In this document: positions 30,701 to 39,240 of the stretch, one piece after another
How positions within the stretch are numbered: position 1 is the first letter of the stretch
How the letters are laid out: each line of letters starts with the position of its first letter
Assembly: GCA_017454165.1 (NCBI GenBank)
Contig: JAFTDN010000023.1
Span: 4,325-68,324 of the forward strand
Direction of reading: 5' to 3'
DNA length: 64,000 nucleotides
Source of the DNA: Bacteroidales bacterium
GTDB taxonomy: Bacteria > Bacteroidota > Bacteroidia > Bacteroidales > Tenuifilaceae
The notes under the pieces: generated by a model
Database searches by the model: none
Told to the model about the DNA's origin: nothing
Seen by the model: the letters and a program-made list of their open reading frames with translations, nothing else
Translations under genes and position numbers: made by a program

Positions 30701-30850
30701 GTGCCCCACCTCGAGCTTGAACGCGGTGGCTATGAACTCGCCGCAGTCCCAGAAGCTGGCCGTGGGCTCAATGGTGAGCAGGTAGGTGATGGCCGCCACC
30801 ACGAACACGGCCCAGCCACTGATGTTGTTGATAATCTTATACTTACCCAT
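27773..30850 (-). CDS. DUF2723 family membrane protein (GT-C-like glycosyltransferase fold) with C-terminal TPR-like region
   Basis: The N-terminus [36 protein letters not shown] is the signature of Bacteroidota DUF2723 proteins. Many TM segments. Start taken at MGKYKIINN (30850). Confidence 0.8.
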   Translation of the reverse strand: [1025 protein letters not shown]

Positions 30851-31428
30851 TGTGTAGTAGTTTTTATAGACAGCATTGTGGCGCAAGGCGCACAACGGGG
30901 CCAAAGGTAGCACTTTCTGCTTAAAACTGAAAACATCGCTTTGTGATATGCCCTTTTTGTCCTTCGCGTAGTGCTAGATGAGCCGATGCCGAACAGGGCG
31001 ATTGCAGGGTGAGGGATTTCGTATTCGTAAAAGCTGCCCTGCTGCTCGGCACCTGGCATTTGTGCGGCGGGTGGTTTTCATGTTGAAGTAATAGTTTAAT
31101 ACACAATATATATAACACTATTAAATCTACTGTTACACAATATTGTGTGAATTATTACATTACCTATATCGCCAGCCCACCACTCTCACCGCCATCCTCC
31201 GCTCCATCTCATTGAAACACGACAAAACGATAGCGCAAAGAGTCCGGTGTTATCGATTTGAAAAAGTGAATTTTTGGAAGGTTCTAAATGAATTTTTGGA
31301 GATACCCATATGATAAAGAATGAAGAAAACAACGTACAGAAGCTGTTGAATGAAGCCAATACCATTTTACAGCAAGAAAATCAGCCAGCGGAGGCTCGAT
31401 AGCGGCAAGAAGTGAATCAGAGAACAGA

Positions 31429-31950
31429 ATGGATGTGTACTACGTACAAAAAACCATGGATAACTTTGCCGCCATAGACTTCGAGACCGCCAACAACGAG
31501 CGCACCAGCGTGTGCAGCATGGGCGTGGTGATTGTGAAAAACAACGAGATTGTCGATTCATTCTACTCGCTCATCAAGCCCGAACCCAACTACTACAACT
31601 ATTGGAATACACAGGTTCATGGCCTCACACGTGCCGACACCGATGGCGCACCGCTGTTCCCCAACGTTTGGCGGCAGATTGAACCGCTGATTGAGGGTTT
31701 ACCGCTGGTGGCCCACAACAGCCCCTTCGACGAGGGCTGCCTGAAAGCCGTAATGCGCTGCTACGGAATGGACTACCCCGACTACGAGTTCTTCTGCACC
31801 TGCCGCGCTGCACGAAAGCATTTCAACTACCAGCTGCCCAACCATCAGCTGCACACCGTGGCCGAGGCCTGCGGCTACCATCTGGCCAACCACCACCACG
31901 CCCTGGCCGATGCGGAAGCCTGCGCTTGGATCGCGCGGGAGATTCTGTAG
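31429..31950 (+). CDS. DEDDh 3'-5' exonuclease (DnaQ/epsilon-like, stand-alone)
   Basis: ExoI AAIDFETAN, ExoII LVAHNSPFDEGCL, ExoIII HHHALADAEACA (H-x4-D). The likely start is MDNFAAIDFE at 31456. Confidence 0.8.
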   Translation: MDVYYVQKTMDNFAAIDFETANNERTSVCSMGVVIVKNNEIVDSFYSLIKPEPNYYNYWNTQVHGLTRADTDGAPLFPNVWRQIEPLIEGLPLVAHNSPFDEGCLKAVMRCYGMDYPDYEFFCTCRAARKHFNYQLPNHQLHTVAEACGYHLANHHHALADAEACAWIAREIL

Positions 31951-32004
31951 ATACCGCCTAATTCGCCAACCTAAGCAAAACTTGCCGCTATCGGCAAAAA
32001 TTGC

Positions 32005-32012
32005 TATCTTTG
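32005..32012 (+). promoter_or_regulatory. -7 promoter box TATCTTTG upstream of the Fic / UvrA-like operon
   Basis: Exact TAnnTTTG match 32 nt upstream of ATG 32044. It is preceded by a small hairpin, TTGCCGctatCGGCAA (31982-31997). Confidence 0.5.
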
Positions 32013-32043
32013 CGGATGAAAATGGTCAAAATCTTGCCGATAG

Positions 32044-32925
32044 ATGAAGTACATCTCAGCCAGTCAGTTTGCCGAAAAATACGGCATTAGCGAGCGCACA
32101 GCACGTAACTATTGTGCCACGGGAAAGATAGCAGGTGCATTTCTGACGGGGAAGACCTGGAACATCCCCGTCGACGCCGTTCCGCCCAAGCGTCGTAAAA
32201 GGAAAATATCGCCCCTGCTCGCTACCCTGCTCGAACAGAAGGAAGCACGGCTGAAAGGTGGCATCTACCACCGCATTCAAATCGACCTGACCTACAGCTC
32301 CAATCATATTGAGGGCAGCCGCCTGACCAAAGAGCAAACGCGCTACATCTTCGAGACCAACACGCTGGGCATCACCACGGAAAACACCAGCATCGATGAC
32401 ATCATGGAAACGGTAAATCACTTCCGCTGCATCGACTATGTTATTGACCACGCCACGGAAAAGCTTACCGAGTTGCATGTCAAGCTGTTGCATCAGATAT
32501 TGAAGACCAACACCAGCGACAGTCAAAAGCCATGGTTCGCCGTGGGCGACTACAAGCGGCTGCCCAATTCCATCGGCGACGAGCAAACCGTCCAGCCCAA
32601 GGATGTGCGCCGACAGATGAAGTTGTTGCTAATGCACTACAATGCCAAAAGGCAGATTGCGTTCGATGACCTGCTCGACTTCCACGTGCGCTTTGAGCGC
32701 ATCCACCCGTTCCAGGACGGCAACGGACGTATCGGAAGGCTGTTGATGTTTTGGCAATGCCTGCAAACGGGTGTCGTGCCGTTCATCATCACCGAGGATT
32801 TGCGCCTATTCTACTACCGAGGCATCCAAAACTGGGGCAAAACAAACGGCTACCTGCGTGACACCTGTCTAACAGCGCAAGATAACTTTAAGGATTTCCT
32901 TAATTATTTCAAAATCAAGTATTAA
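32044..32925 (+). CDS. Fic family protein (AMPylase-type motif) with N-terminal HTH
   Basis: Canonical Fic motif HPFQDGNGRIGRLL (HxFx[D/E]GNGRxxR). An upstream SNHIEG matches the (S/T)xxxE(G/N) auto-inhibitory helix. The N-terminus ISASQFAEKYGISERTARNYC is HTH-like. Confidence 0.9.
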   Translation: MKYISASQFAEKYGISERTARNYCATGKIAGAFLTGKTWNIPVDAVPPKRRKRKISPLLATLLEQKEARLKGGIYHRIQIDLTYSSNHIEGSRLTKEQTRYIFETNTLGITTENTSIDDIMETVNHFRCIDYVIDHATEKLTELHVKLLHQILKTNTSDSQKPWFAVGDYKRLPNSIGDEQTVQPKDVRRQMKLLLMHYNAKRQIAFDDLLDFHVRFERIHPFQDGNGRIGRLLMFWQCLQTGVVPFIITEDLRLFYYRGIQNWGKTNGYLRDTCLTAQDNFKDFLNYFKIKY

Positions 32926-32937
32926 TAGATTATCAAA

Positions 32938-35193
32938 ATGCAATATCACGATTTCATCCTCATCAAAGACACCACCGAAAACAACCTGAAGCACGTTACG
33001 GTGCGCATCCCCAAGCGACAGATTACCGTGGTTACGGGCGTTTCGGGGTCAGGAAAATCATCGCTGGTGTTGGACACCATCGCGGCCAAGTCGCGGCGCG
33101 AGCTCAACGACACCTTCCCCTCGTTCACGCAGCAATACCTGCCCAAGTATGGCCGCCCCCACGTGGGCGAAATCGTCAATCTGCCCATCGCCATTGTGAT
33201 TGAGCAGCGCAAGCCCACATCGAACTCGCGCTCCACTGTGGGCACATACACCGACATCTACGCCCTGCTGCGACTGCTGTTCTCGCGCATCGGGCAGCCG
33301 TTTGTGGGCTATTCGGATGCATTCTCGTTCAACCACCCCTCGGGCAGTTGCCCGCGCTGTGCCGGGCTGGGCGAGATACGCGAGCTCGACATCCACAAGC
33401 TGGTAGACTTCGACAAGTCGCTCAACGACGAGGACACCATCCACTACATCGCCTTCGGCAAGGGCGGCTGGCGCTGGATTCGCTACGCTCACAGCGGTCT
33501 GTTCGACCTAAACAAAAAGATTAAGGACTACACGACCGAGGAGCTGGACCTCTTCTTGAACTCGCCCCAAATAAAGCTAAAAAATCCTCCAAGCAACTGG
33601 CCAAAAAGTGCTAAATACGAGGGACTTATACCGCGCATGTACCGAAGCATAATCAACTCCGAGGAGGGGCTGCTCCATGCCGCCGTGCTCAACCCCATGC
33701 TCACCATGGGCACCTGCCCCGACTGCGGCGGCACACGCCTCAACGAGCGCATACGCTCGTGCCGAATCAATGGCGTAAGCATAGCCGAGGTAGCTGCCAT
33801 GAGCATTGCCGATTGCCGCCAATGGATGCAAAGCATAGACAACCGACTGGCCGATGACATCCGCCGCGCCACCACCGAGCGCCTCACCGCGCTGGAGGAG
33901 ATTGGGCTGGGCTACCTAACGCTCGACCGCGCCATCGGCACGCTGTCGGGCGGCGAGGCGCAGCGCTGCAAGATTGCCAAGTACATCAACTCGCCGCTCT
34001 CGGACGTGATGTACATCCTCGATGAGCCCAGCGTTGGCCTGCACAACCACGACATCCGACTGATGCAGAAATCGGTGCAGAAGCTCAAGAACCACGGCAA
34101 CACCGTGATTTTGGTGGAGCACCACAAGGAGATGATACGCATTGCCGACCACATCATCGACATGGGACCAGGCGCGGGCATGAACGGCGGCGAGGTGGTG
34201 TTCGAAGGTAGCTACGCCGAGTTGCTCGATGCTCAAACGCCTACTGGTGCATCGCTCAGCACCAAATGCAGCATAAAGGAGCAGGTGCGAGATGTTAAAG
34301 CATCATTTCAACTAAACAATGCTACACTGCATAATATAAGAAACTTAAACATAAGCCTTCCGCTTGGCGTGATGTGCGGCATTGCGGGCGTGGCCGGCTC
34401 GGGCAAAAGCTCGCTGATGGAATGCTTCCGTAGGGCCTACCCAAAGCCCGACGAGATTGTGCACATCAGCCAAAAAAACATAGGCATAAGCCTACGCTCA
34501 ACGCCCGCCACCTACCTCGATGTGGCCGACGACATCCGCAAGCTGTTCGCCAAGGTCAACAAGGTTAAGGCCGACCTGTTCTCGTTCAACGGCAAGGGCG
34601 GCTGCCCGGTGTGTCAGGGTAAGGGCGTGATTGTGATCGACATGGCATTTATGGATACCATCGAGACCACATGCGAGGCCTGCGGTGGGCTACGCTACGC
34701 GCCCGAGGTGCTAACCCACATGGCGCACGGCCTAAACATCGCCGAGGCTATGGACCTGACGGCCAACAGGGCATCGGAGGTGTTTGTCGGCACGGCCATC
34801 GCCGACAAGCTGGAGCCGCTGCGCAAGGTGGGCTTGGGCTATTTGCATCTAAACCAATCGCTCTCCACCCTTTCGGGAGGCGAGCTGCAGCGCATCAAGC
34901 TGGCCTCGTACCTGCGCGATGCGGGCAAAATCTTCATCATGGACGAACCCTCTGACGGCCTCCACCCGAGCGACATCCGCCGCATACTCAATCTATTTGA
35001 AGCGATGGTTGAAGCAGGCAATAGCATCTTCCTCATTGAGCACAACTTAGATATGCTAAAATCGTGCGACTACCTCATCGAACTGGGCCCAGGCGGCGGC
35101 AACATGGGCGGCAGGGTTATCTTCAGCGGTACGCCCAAGCAAATGCTTGCCTGCAAAGGTTCAATCACTGGGTCATATATGGTTGAGGAATAG
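32938..35193 (+). CDS. short UvrA-like ABC ATPase (UvrA paralogue, 751 aa)
   Basis: Two ABC modules: Walker A GVSGSGKSS and GVAGSGKSS, signatures LSGGEAQR and LSGGELQR, Walker B YILDEP and FIMDEP. Zn-finger pairs CPRC, CPDCGG, CPVCQGKG, CEACGG. The start is 12 nt after the Fic stop. Confidence 0.85.
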   Translation: MQYHDFILIKDTTENNLKHVTVRIPKRQITVVTGVSGSGKSSLVLDTIAAKSRRELNDTFPSFTQQYLPKYGRPHVGEIVNLPIAIVIEQRKPTSNSRSTVGTYTDIYALLRLLFSRIGQPFVGYSDAFSFNHPSGSCPRCAGLGEIRELDIHKLVDFDKSLNDEDTIHYIAFGKGGWRWIRYAHSGLFDLNKKIKDYTTEELDLFLNSPQIKLKNPPSNWPKSAKYEGLIPRMYRSIINSEEGLLHAAVLNPMLTMGTCPDCGGTRLNERIRSCRINGVSIAEVAAMSIADCRQWMQSIDNRLADDIRRATTERLTALEEIGLGYLTLDRAIGTLSGGEAQRCKIAKYINSPLSDVMYILDEPSVGLHNHDIRLMQKSVQKLKNHGNTVILVEHHKEMIRIADHIIDMGPGAGMNGGEVVFEGSYAELLDAQTPTGASLSTKCSIKEQVRDVKASFQLNNATLHNIRNLNISLPLGVMCGIAGVAGSGKSSLMECFRRAYPKPDEIVHISQKNIGISLRSTPATYLDVADDIRKLFAKVNKVKADLFSFNGKGGCPVCQGKGVIVIDMAFMDTIETTCEACGGLRYAPEVLTHMAHGLNIAEAMDLTANRASEVFVGTAIADKLEPLRKVGLGYLHLNQSLSTLSGGELQRIKLASYLRDAGKIFIMDEPSDGLHPSDIRRILNLFEAMVEAGNSIFLIEHNLDMLKSCDYLIELGPGGGNMGGRVIFSGTPKQMLACKGSITGSYMVEE

Positions 35194-35273
35194 TGTATAA
35201 GTGTTGGTTTACTGAAGATTTTCTTTAAGTTGATGCTGTATAGATGCACACAATCATTCTCTCTATGCTGTAC

Positions 35274-35293
35274 GGACGCGATTTATCGCGTCC
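35274..35293 (+). terminator. perfect 8-bp hairpin GGACGCGA-ttta-TCGCGTCC downstream of the UvrA-like gene
   Basis: Read directly from the sequence. A second 8-bp hairpin, ACAAGGGG-catgc-CCCCTTGT, lies at 35331-35351. Neither has a clear U-tract, so terminator function is only inferred. Confidence 0.35.
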
Positions 35294-35580
35294 ACTATAC
35301 TGTTGTAGGCTTACGGCGCTGTTGGTATTGACAAGGGGCATGCCCCCTTGTTTCGCCTACGGACGCGGTTGCGGCGCGTCGAAGTGCAAGCCGTATATGG
35401 AAAGGCAGATTAATTCAAAATATCGCTTTGAATATTTACAGCGTAATTCAAAGCCCAGCAACTAAATTCCCCCATCGATTAGTTAAAATGGAGCATATAA
35501 TGGAGCATATAAATGCGCTACTAATTTCCATTTTCATCGCATTTAGCCAGTAAAATGGGACTAAAGCGGATACTCCATTG

Positions 35581-36916
35581 CTACTCCCGCACCACAACAT
35601 GGTGCTCCGTGCCGTTGATGAGCAGGTGGTAGGTGCCAGGGCGCAGCGGCGATAGGTCGAGCTGCGCATTGGGCGTACTTGCGGGAAAGCGCCGCTCTAG
35701 CTCCAGCCGACCATCGGAGGAGAACACCTGCACCATATGAAGCGTTGCAGAGTTAGGCTTGGCAGTACGCATTATCGTGGCTTCTCCACCATCGGCCTGA
35801 TACGGGCGCAGCTCTATCGGCCCAGGTGTGGGGTTGGGGCCTATGCCCCATTGGCGGCAGCAGTTGTCGTGGAAGTAGATGGGCAGCTCCACCTCCTCGC
35901 TCCAGCCACAGCCCTCTTGGTACTGCTTGCAGCGTATATGGGCGTAGCGTGCATCGGGGCCCATCTGGAAGGGCATGCTACGGCTATTTTTCCCCAGCAG
36001 GGTGATGTAGGGCGAATCGTCGACCAACTCCCAGTGGTAGCGGGTGATACCAGGCGCAGTGGCGGCCTCGTAGTGGGCCGACTGGCAGGCGCAGATGCCC
36101 GCCATCACATGTCCGTTTTGGAAAGGCCCGTAGATGCTGGGGGCGGGGGTGCCCACCTGCACCGTGTTGCTGAGCGTGGTGCTTGTGCCCAAGTAGCTCA
36201 CCGTGGCCGTGTAACAGTAAACTTTCCGCTGCCCGTGACACCGTAGGTGCCCTGCGCTGTTCCTTGGCCATGCGATAGCTGCAGAGCATCCCATCGTGTG
36301 CCCTCGCCCCACTGTACGGTGGCACCTGGGGGTAGGTTGCTGAGCGTGAACATGCCAGTCGCAACGCAGATTTGAAAGGGCCCGTTTAGCACGGGCTTAA
36401 ACTTTACGAAATAGCGCAATCTCGAGCTTTCGTATGGACAATAGTTATTTTCGTGTCTCACCAATGGCCATGCCCCCCATTTTGAAATAAAAACATTCAC
36501 CTCATCAGTTACAACGGCAGAATGATTGTCATTCGCATACGAAACCTTTGCTCCCTCTATCGGATTGCTAATCTCAACATAACTACCATCAGTCCAGTAA
36601 ATTGAAGTTGTATTGGTATATCTACCAATCCACACCGCACTTCCGCCCTCACTCACATCACATGCCATGCATATGCATGACAATTATATGTAGTTGTTGC
36701 TGGCCTCAACACAATAGCCCGTGGATACTCGATTTCCATCCTGTTATTGATATATTCGACATCCGCTGCACTGAACTTCTCTGGCATAACATAGGTGTCT
36801 GCCACTATGCTCCCTTGCGGAGTTTGCACGGTAACTGGCCGCTGGGCAACAATCCAATTCGGTGCCACCAAAAACAGCCCCAAAATATAAAGTATTCTTT
36901 TCGCAAAACACATCAA
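35581..36916 (-). pseudogene. T9SS-secreted protein with papain-like Cys/His motifs, split into three frames by two indels
   Basis: Three overlapping minus-strand ORFs (36916-36653, 36683-36198, 36312-35581) read through as one protein. It has a signal peptide (LGLFLVAPNWIVAQ), YNCHAYAWH | SEGGSAVWIG, DNHSAVV, and a C-terminal T9SS-type tail (QLDLSPLRPGTYHLLINGTEHHVVVRE). The frame changes are near 36655-36683 and near 36213-36231. Confidence 0.6.
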
Positions 36917-37266
36917 TTACCCCAAACAAAAATGAATTTGTCAATATTATCCATAAATTTTTGATAATCTTCCGTCCCAAATTCATAGCGTTTTCCTCTG
37001 CAGTCAAAGAACATAAACGCATCATTCCAACAAGAGTTTACCTCATCAATTACTAACACAATATCATCGCCAAATGCAGAACACTTTTTAATCATAATGG
37101 GTCTATGATTTTTCGACAACCCCTCTATCCTTGTTATTTCATCTTTTAACCACTTCGGATGATTTTCCATTCCGCACACACATGTTGCACAGATTTCTTC
37201 GCTTTTTTTGCCACACGATGAAAAGCAAAATATAACCCAAAATAAAGAAATTATAAATACTCTCAT
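36913..37266 (-). CDS. small hypothetical lipoprotein
   Basis: Lipobox FCFSSCG. Overlaps both neighbours by 4 nt (operon). Low GC. No family recognised. Confidence 0.5.
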   Translation of the reverse strand: MRVFIISLFWVIFCFSSCGKKSEEICATCVCGMENHPKWLKDEITRIEGLSKNHRPIMIKKCSAFGDDIVLVIDEVNSCWNDAFMFFDCRGKRYEFGTEDYQKFMDNIDKFIFVWGN

Positions 37267-37973
37267 AGTTCAATATGTTTTAAGATTTCTACAAGTTCTG
37301 ACAAAGACTTACCATCCATCGAATACTGTTCTTTCGAGCTAACCACGCCTACACGCTCGTTTTGTAGTAACGCCTCTTGCGTATGCTCTATAAATTTCTT
37401 AATTAACTTTGTGCTAACATCAACCGACATTTCACTATAAACGCCCTTGTTTGTCAACTTTTCAGTAGAAGTAGCTATTATCTTTTGTTGCAATGGTTTC
37501 ATTGCGACAGAATTTTTTTCACCTCCATCATCCAATACTCTCAATAAAATAGCTTCTATAAGTGTGTTTTTAAAAATTCTTTCACCTAAATCTTTTCTTT
37601 CTCCTCTAAATGCTATCGTCTGTAACTCAGCATTGTAATTATTAACCAATACTTCAAAACAATCGGAACGACTAATAAACTCCTGTAGCCCATTAAACTG
37701 CGATAAGACAGCGCGTAGGCCTTCGGCCTCCGTATTATAGGCATAAAAGTCAAATTGCAGCGGATAATCCAATAACCCAAGCAAATCCTCTGTACAAATG
37801 CTCTCTGTCACTTCATTCGGAATCTGACATGCCCGCACCATTTCTCTATGCGTTCTAAACTCTTCCCATTCTTTCTGACCTGGTTTTACAGGATAGTCCC
37901 ACACCTGTGCAGAGAGAGAAGTGCTTCCCAAACAAAACACCGCAAACAACGTGGTACTGAATATAGTTGTCAA
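37263..37973 (-). CDS. hypothetical secreted protein (first gene of the low-GC operon)
   Basis: Signal peptide LFAVFCLGSTSLSAQV. Apparent TTG start. No family recognised. Confidence 0.5.
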   Translation of the reverse strand: MTTIFSTTLFAVFCLGSTSLSAQVWDYPVKPGQKEWEEFRTHREMVRACQIPNEVTESICTEDLLGLLDYPLQFDFYAYNTEAEGLRAVLSQFNGLQEFISRSDCFEVLVNNYNAELQTIAFRGERKDLGERIFKNTLIEAILLRVLDDGGEKNSVAMKPLQQKIIATSTEKLTNKGVYSEMSVDVSTKLIKKFIEHTQEALLQNERVGVVSSKEQYSMDGKSLSELVEILKHIEL

Positions 37974-38103
37974 AGTTCTTATAATGTGACACTTATGGTG
38001 ACTTCCAAAAATTCATTATTTTAATTTAGTGGTGTCGATGTGAAGTTCCCTTTACTACTGACGACCGCTCTTCGAAGATGCATCATTAGTAGCTTCAACG
38101 CGA

Positions 38104-38111
38104 CAAAGATA
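38104..38111 (-). promoter_or_regulatory. -7 promoter box (TATCTTTG on the minus strand) for the 37973-35581 operon
   Basis: The plus strand reads CAAAGATA, which is the reverse complement of TATCTTTG. It lies about 130 nt upstream of the operon start. Confidence 0.4.
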
Positions 38112-38309
38112 GAGCATGCCAATCGCATGTGCAAATTTTCGGATAACTTTTTTGTTTGTATTTGAGCACCAGTGTATTATGTCGATGCTATTTTCGGAAC
38201 AAACCGCGCTAATTGCTTGTAGAGGTTGTTTAAAGCCCGCATAAATAATTGAAAATCAGTATACTACTCTGGTGTTTTTCGTATCTTTGTGGTTGTCAGA
38301 TGTATAGGC

Positions 38310-38438
38310 ATGAACGGCGAATACCCAACCAACCTTACCGATTGCCTATGGCAAATGTTGCAAAGAATTATTGAACCCACAACGGTTCGTAGACGAAAAT
38401 ATCCTCTACGCAACATCGATGGAGATAGAAGAGTTTAA
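38310..38438 (+). mobile_element. remnant of an IS5/IS1182-type transposase N-terminus (42 codons, then stop)
   Basis: MNGEYPTNLTDCLWQMLQRIIEPTTVRRRKYPLRNI resembles the N-terminal DUF4096-type domain of IS5-family transposases (LTD.qW..i..lLP....rgR....lR.i). The ORF then breaks off. It has its own TATCTTTG box at 38282-38289. Confidence 0.5.
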
Positions 38439-38493
38439 GATGAGAATCAAGTGGATTGATACGCAAATATTCTTACCCCAGCAATAAGGCGCA

Positions 38494-39240
38494 TCACCGT
38501 AGTGCCCAGCGCAGGTGGGCTAATCTTTTAAGTGAGCCATGGCCAGGTAAAAATAGCCGACAGTGCGTTTTAAGCAGCTTTTGCCACGAGCTTCGCATCA
38601 GCTCTGGGCTTTCGGCGAAGGGGTTGTTGATGGAGAAGCTGAACACGCCCAGCAGCACATCGCCCACTAGGGCCACGTGGCCATCCACAATGGCCGATAT
38701 GGAGCCGGAGGTGTGGCCAGGGGTGTGCATCAGGGTTATGCCCGGCCCATCGAGCTGGTGGCGGTCGTCCACCACGATGTCGGGGGGGCAGGGCTCAAAG
38801 GTTGGGTTGAAGCCGTAGGCCGAGCGCATGAGCCACCGCCACAGCTTGCTGGCTCCCACGAAAGGGGCCGACTGCCCCCGCGCCAGCATCTGGGCCTCGG
38901 CGCGGTGGATTACCACCTGTGCCCCATAGGCTCTGCGGATGTGGGCGGCGTTGCCCGCGTGGTCGAAGTGGGAGTGGGTGAGTACCAGGTAATCGATGCG
39001 CATCACCCCGTAGCGGCGCAGCCGCTTGTCGAGCTTGGCCCTACGTTGCGCTAGGCCCGAGTCTACCAGCACGGTGAGCCCATCGCGTTGCACGAGGAAC
39101 ACATTGCTTAGGCGCGACAGGATGCAGGTAACGGCGTATCCATTGAGGGTGCCCCAGGTGCGGTGCAGCAGCTTGGCGCGGAATAGCACGTTGAGCGACA
39201 GCAGCAGGGAGGCAAGAAGTATTGTCGTTAGCAGAATCAT
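38494..39240 (-). CDS. MBL-fold metallo-hydrolase with N-terminal TM anchor
   Basis: LTHSHFDHAGN (HxHxDH motif), HTPGHTSGS, and a later H. The N-terminal helix is ILLTTILLASLLLSLNVLF. Confidence 0.8.
   Translation of the reverse strand: MILLTTILLASLLLSLNVLFRAKLLHRTWGTLNGYAVTCILSRLSNVFLVQRDGLTVLVDSGLAQRRAKLDKRLRRYGVMRIDYLVLTHSHFDHAGNAAHIRRAYGAQVVIHRAEAQMLARGQSAPFVGASKLWRWLMRSAYGFNPTFEPCPPDIVVDDRHQLDGPGITLMHTPGHTSGSISAIVDGHVALVGDVLLGVFSFSINNPFAESPELMRSSWQKLLKTHCRLFLPGHGSLKRLAHLRWALR

Noticed and set aside
30005-30910. Long antisense ORFs opposite real genes. Examples: 30005-30910 (+), 27612-28508 (-), 29883-30437 (-), 28379-29050 (+), 10742-11467 (+), 15175-15789 (-), 19114-19704 (-), 26467-27168 (-), 35737-36246 (+), 39634-40239 (+).
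   Set aside because: Each lies inside a well-supported gene on the other strand. Their translations are Arg/His/Gly/Pro-rich low-complexity sequence typical of shadow frames in GC-rich DNA.
35488-35511. Tandem ATGGAGCATATA x2 as a CRISPR or minisatellite.
   Set aside because: There are only two units with no spacers, in an AT-rich terminator/promoter gap.
31266-38035. The 14-nt motif TGAATTTTTGGAAG in inverted orientation at both ends as terminal inverted repeats of a 6.8-kb mobile element.
   Set aside because: Identity does not extend beyond 14 AT-rich nucleotides. Matches of that length are expected by chance in 64 kb on two strands (4^14 is about 2.7e8, against roughly 4e9 position pairs). 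I saw no target-site duplication, and the enclosed DNA has two very different GC contents.
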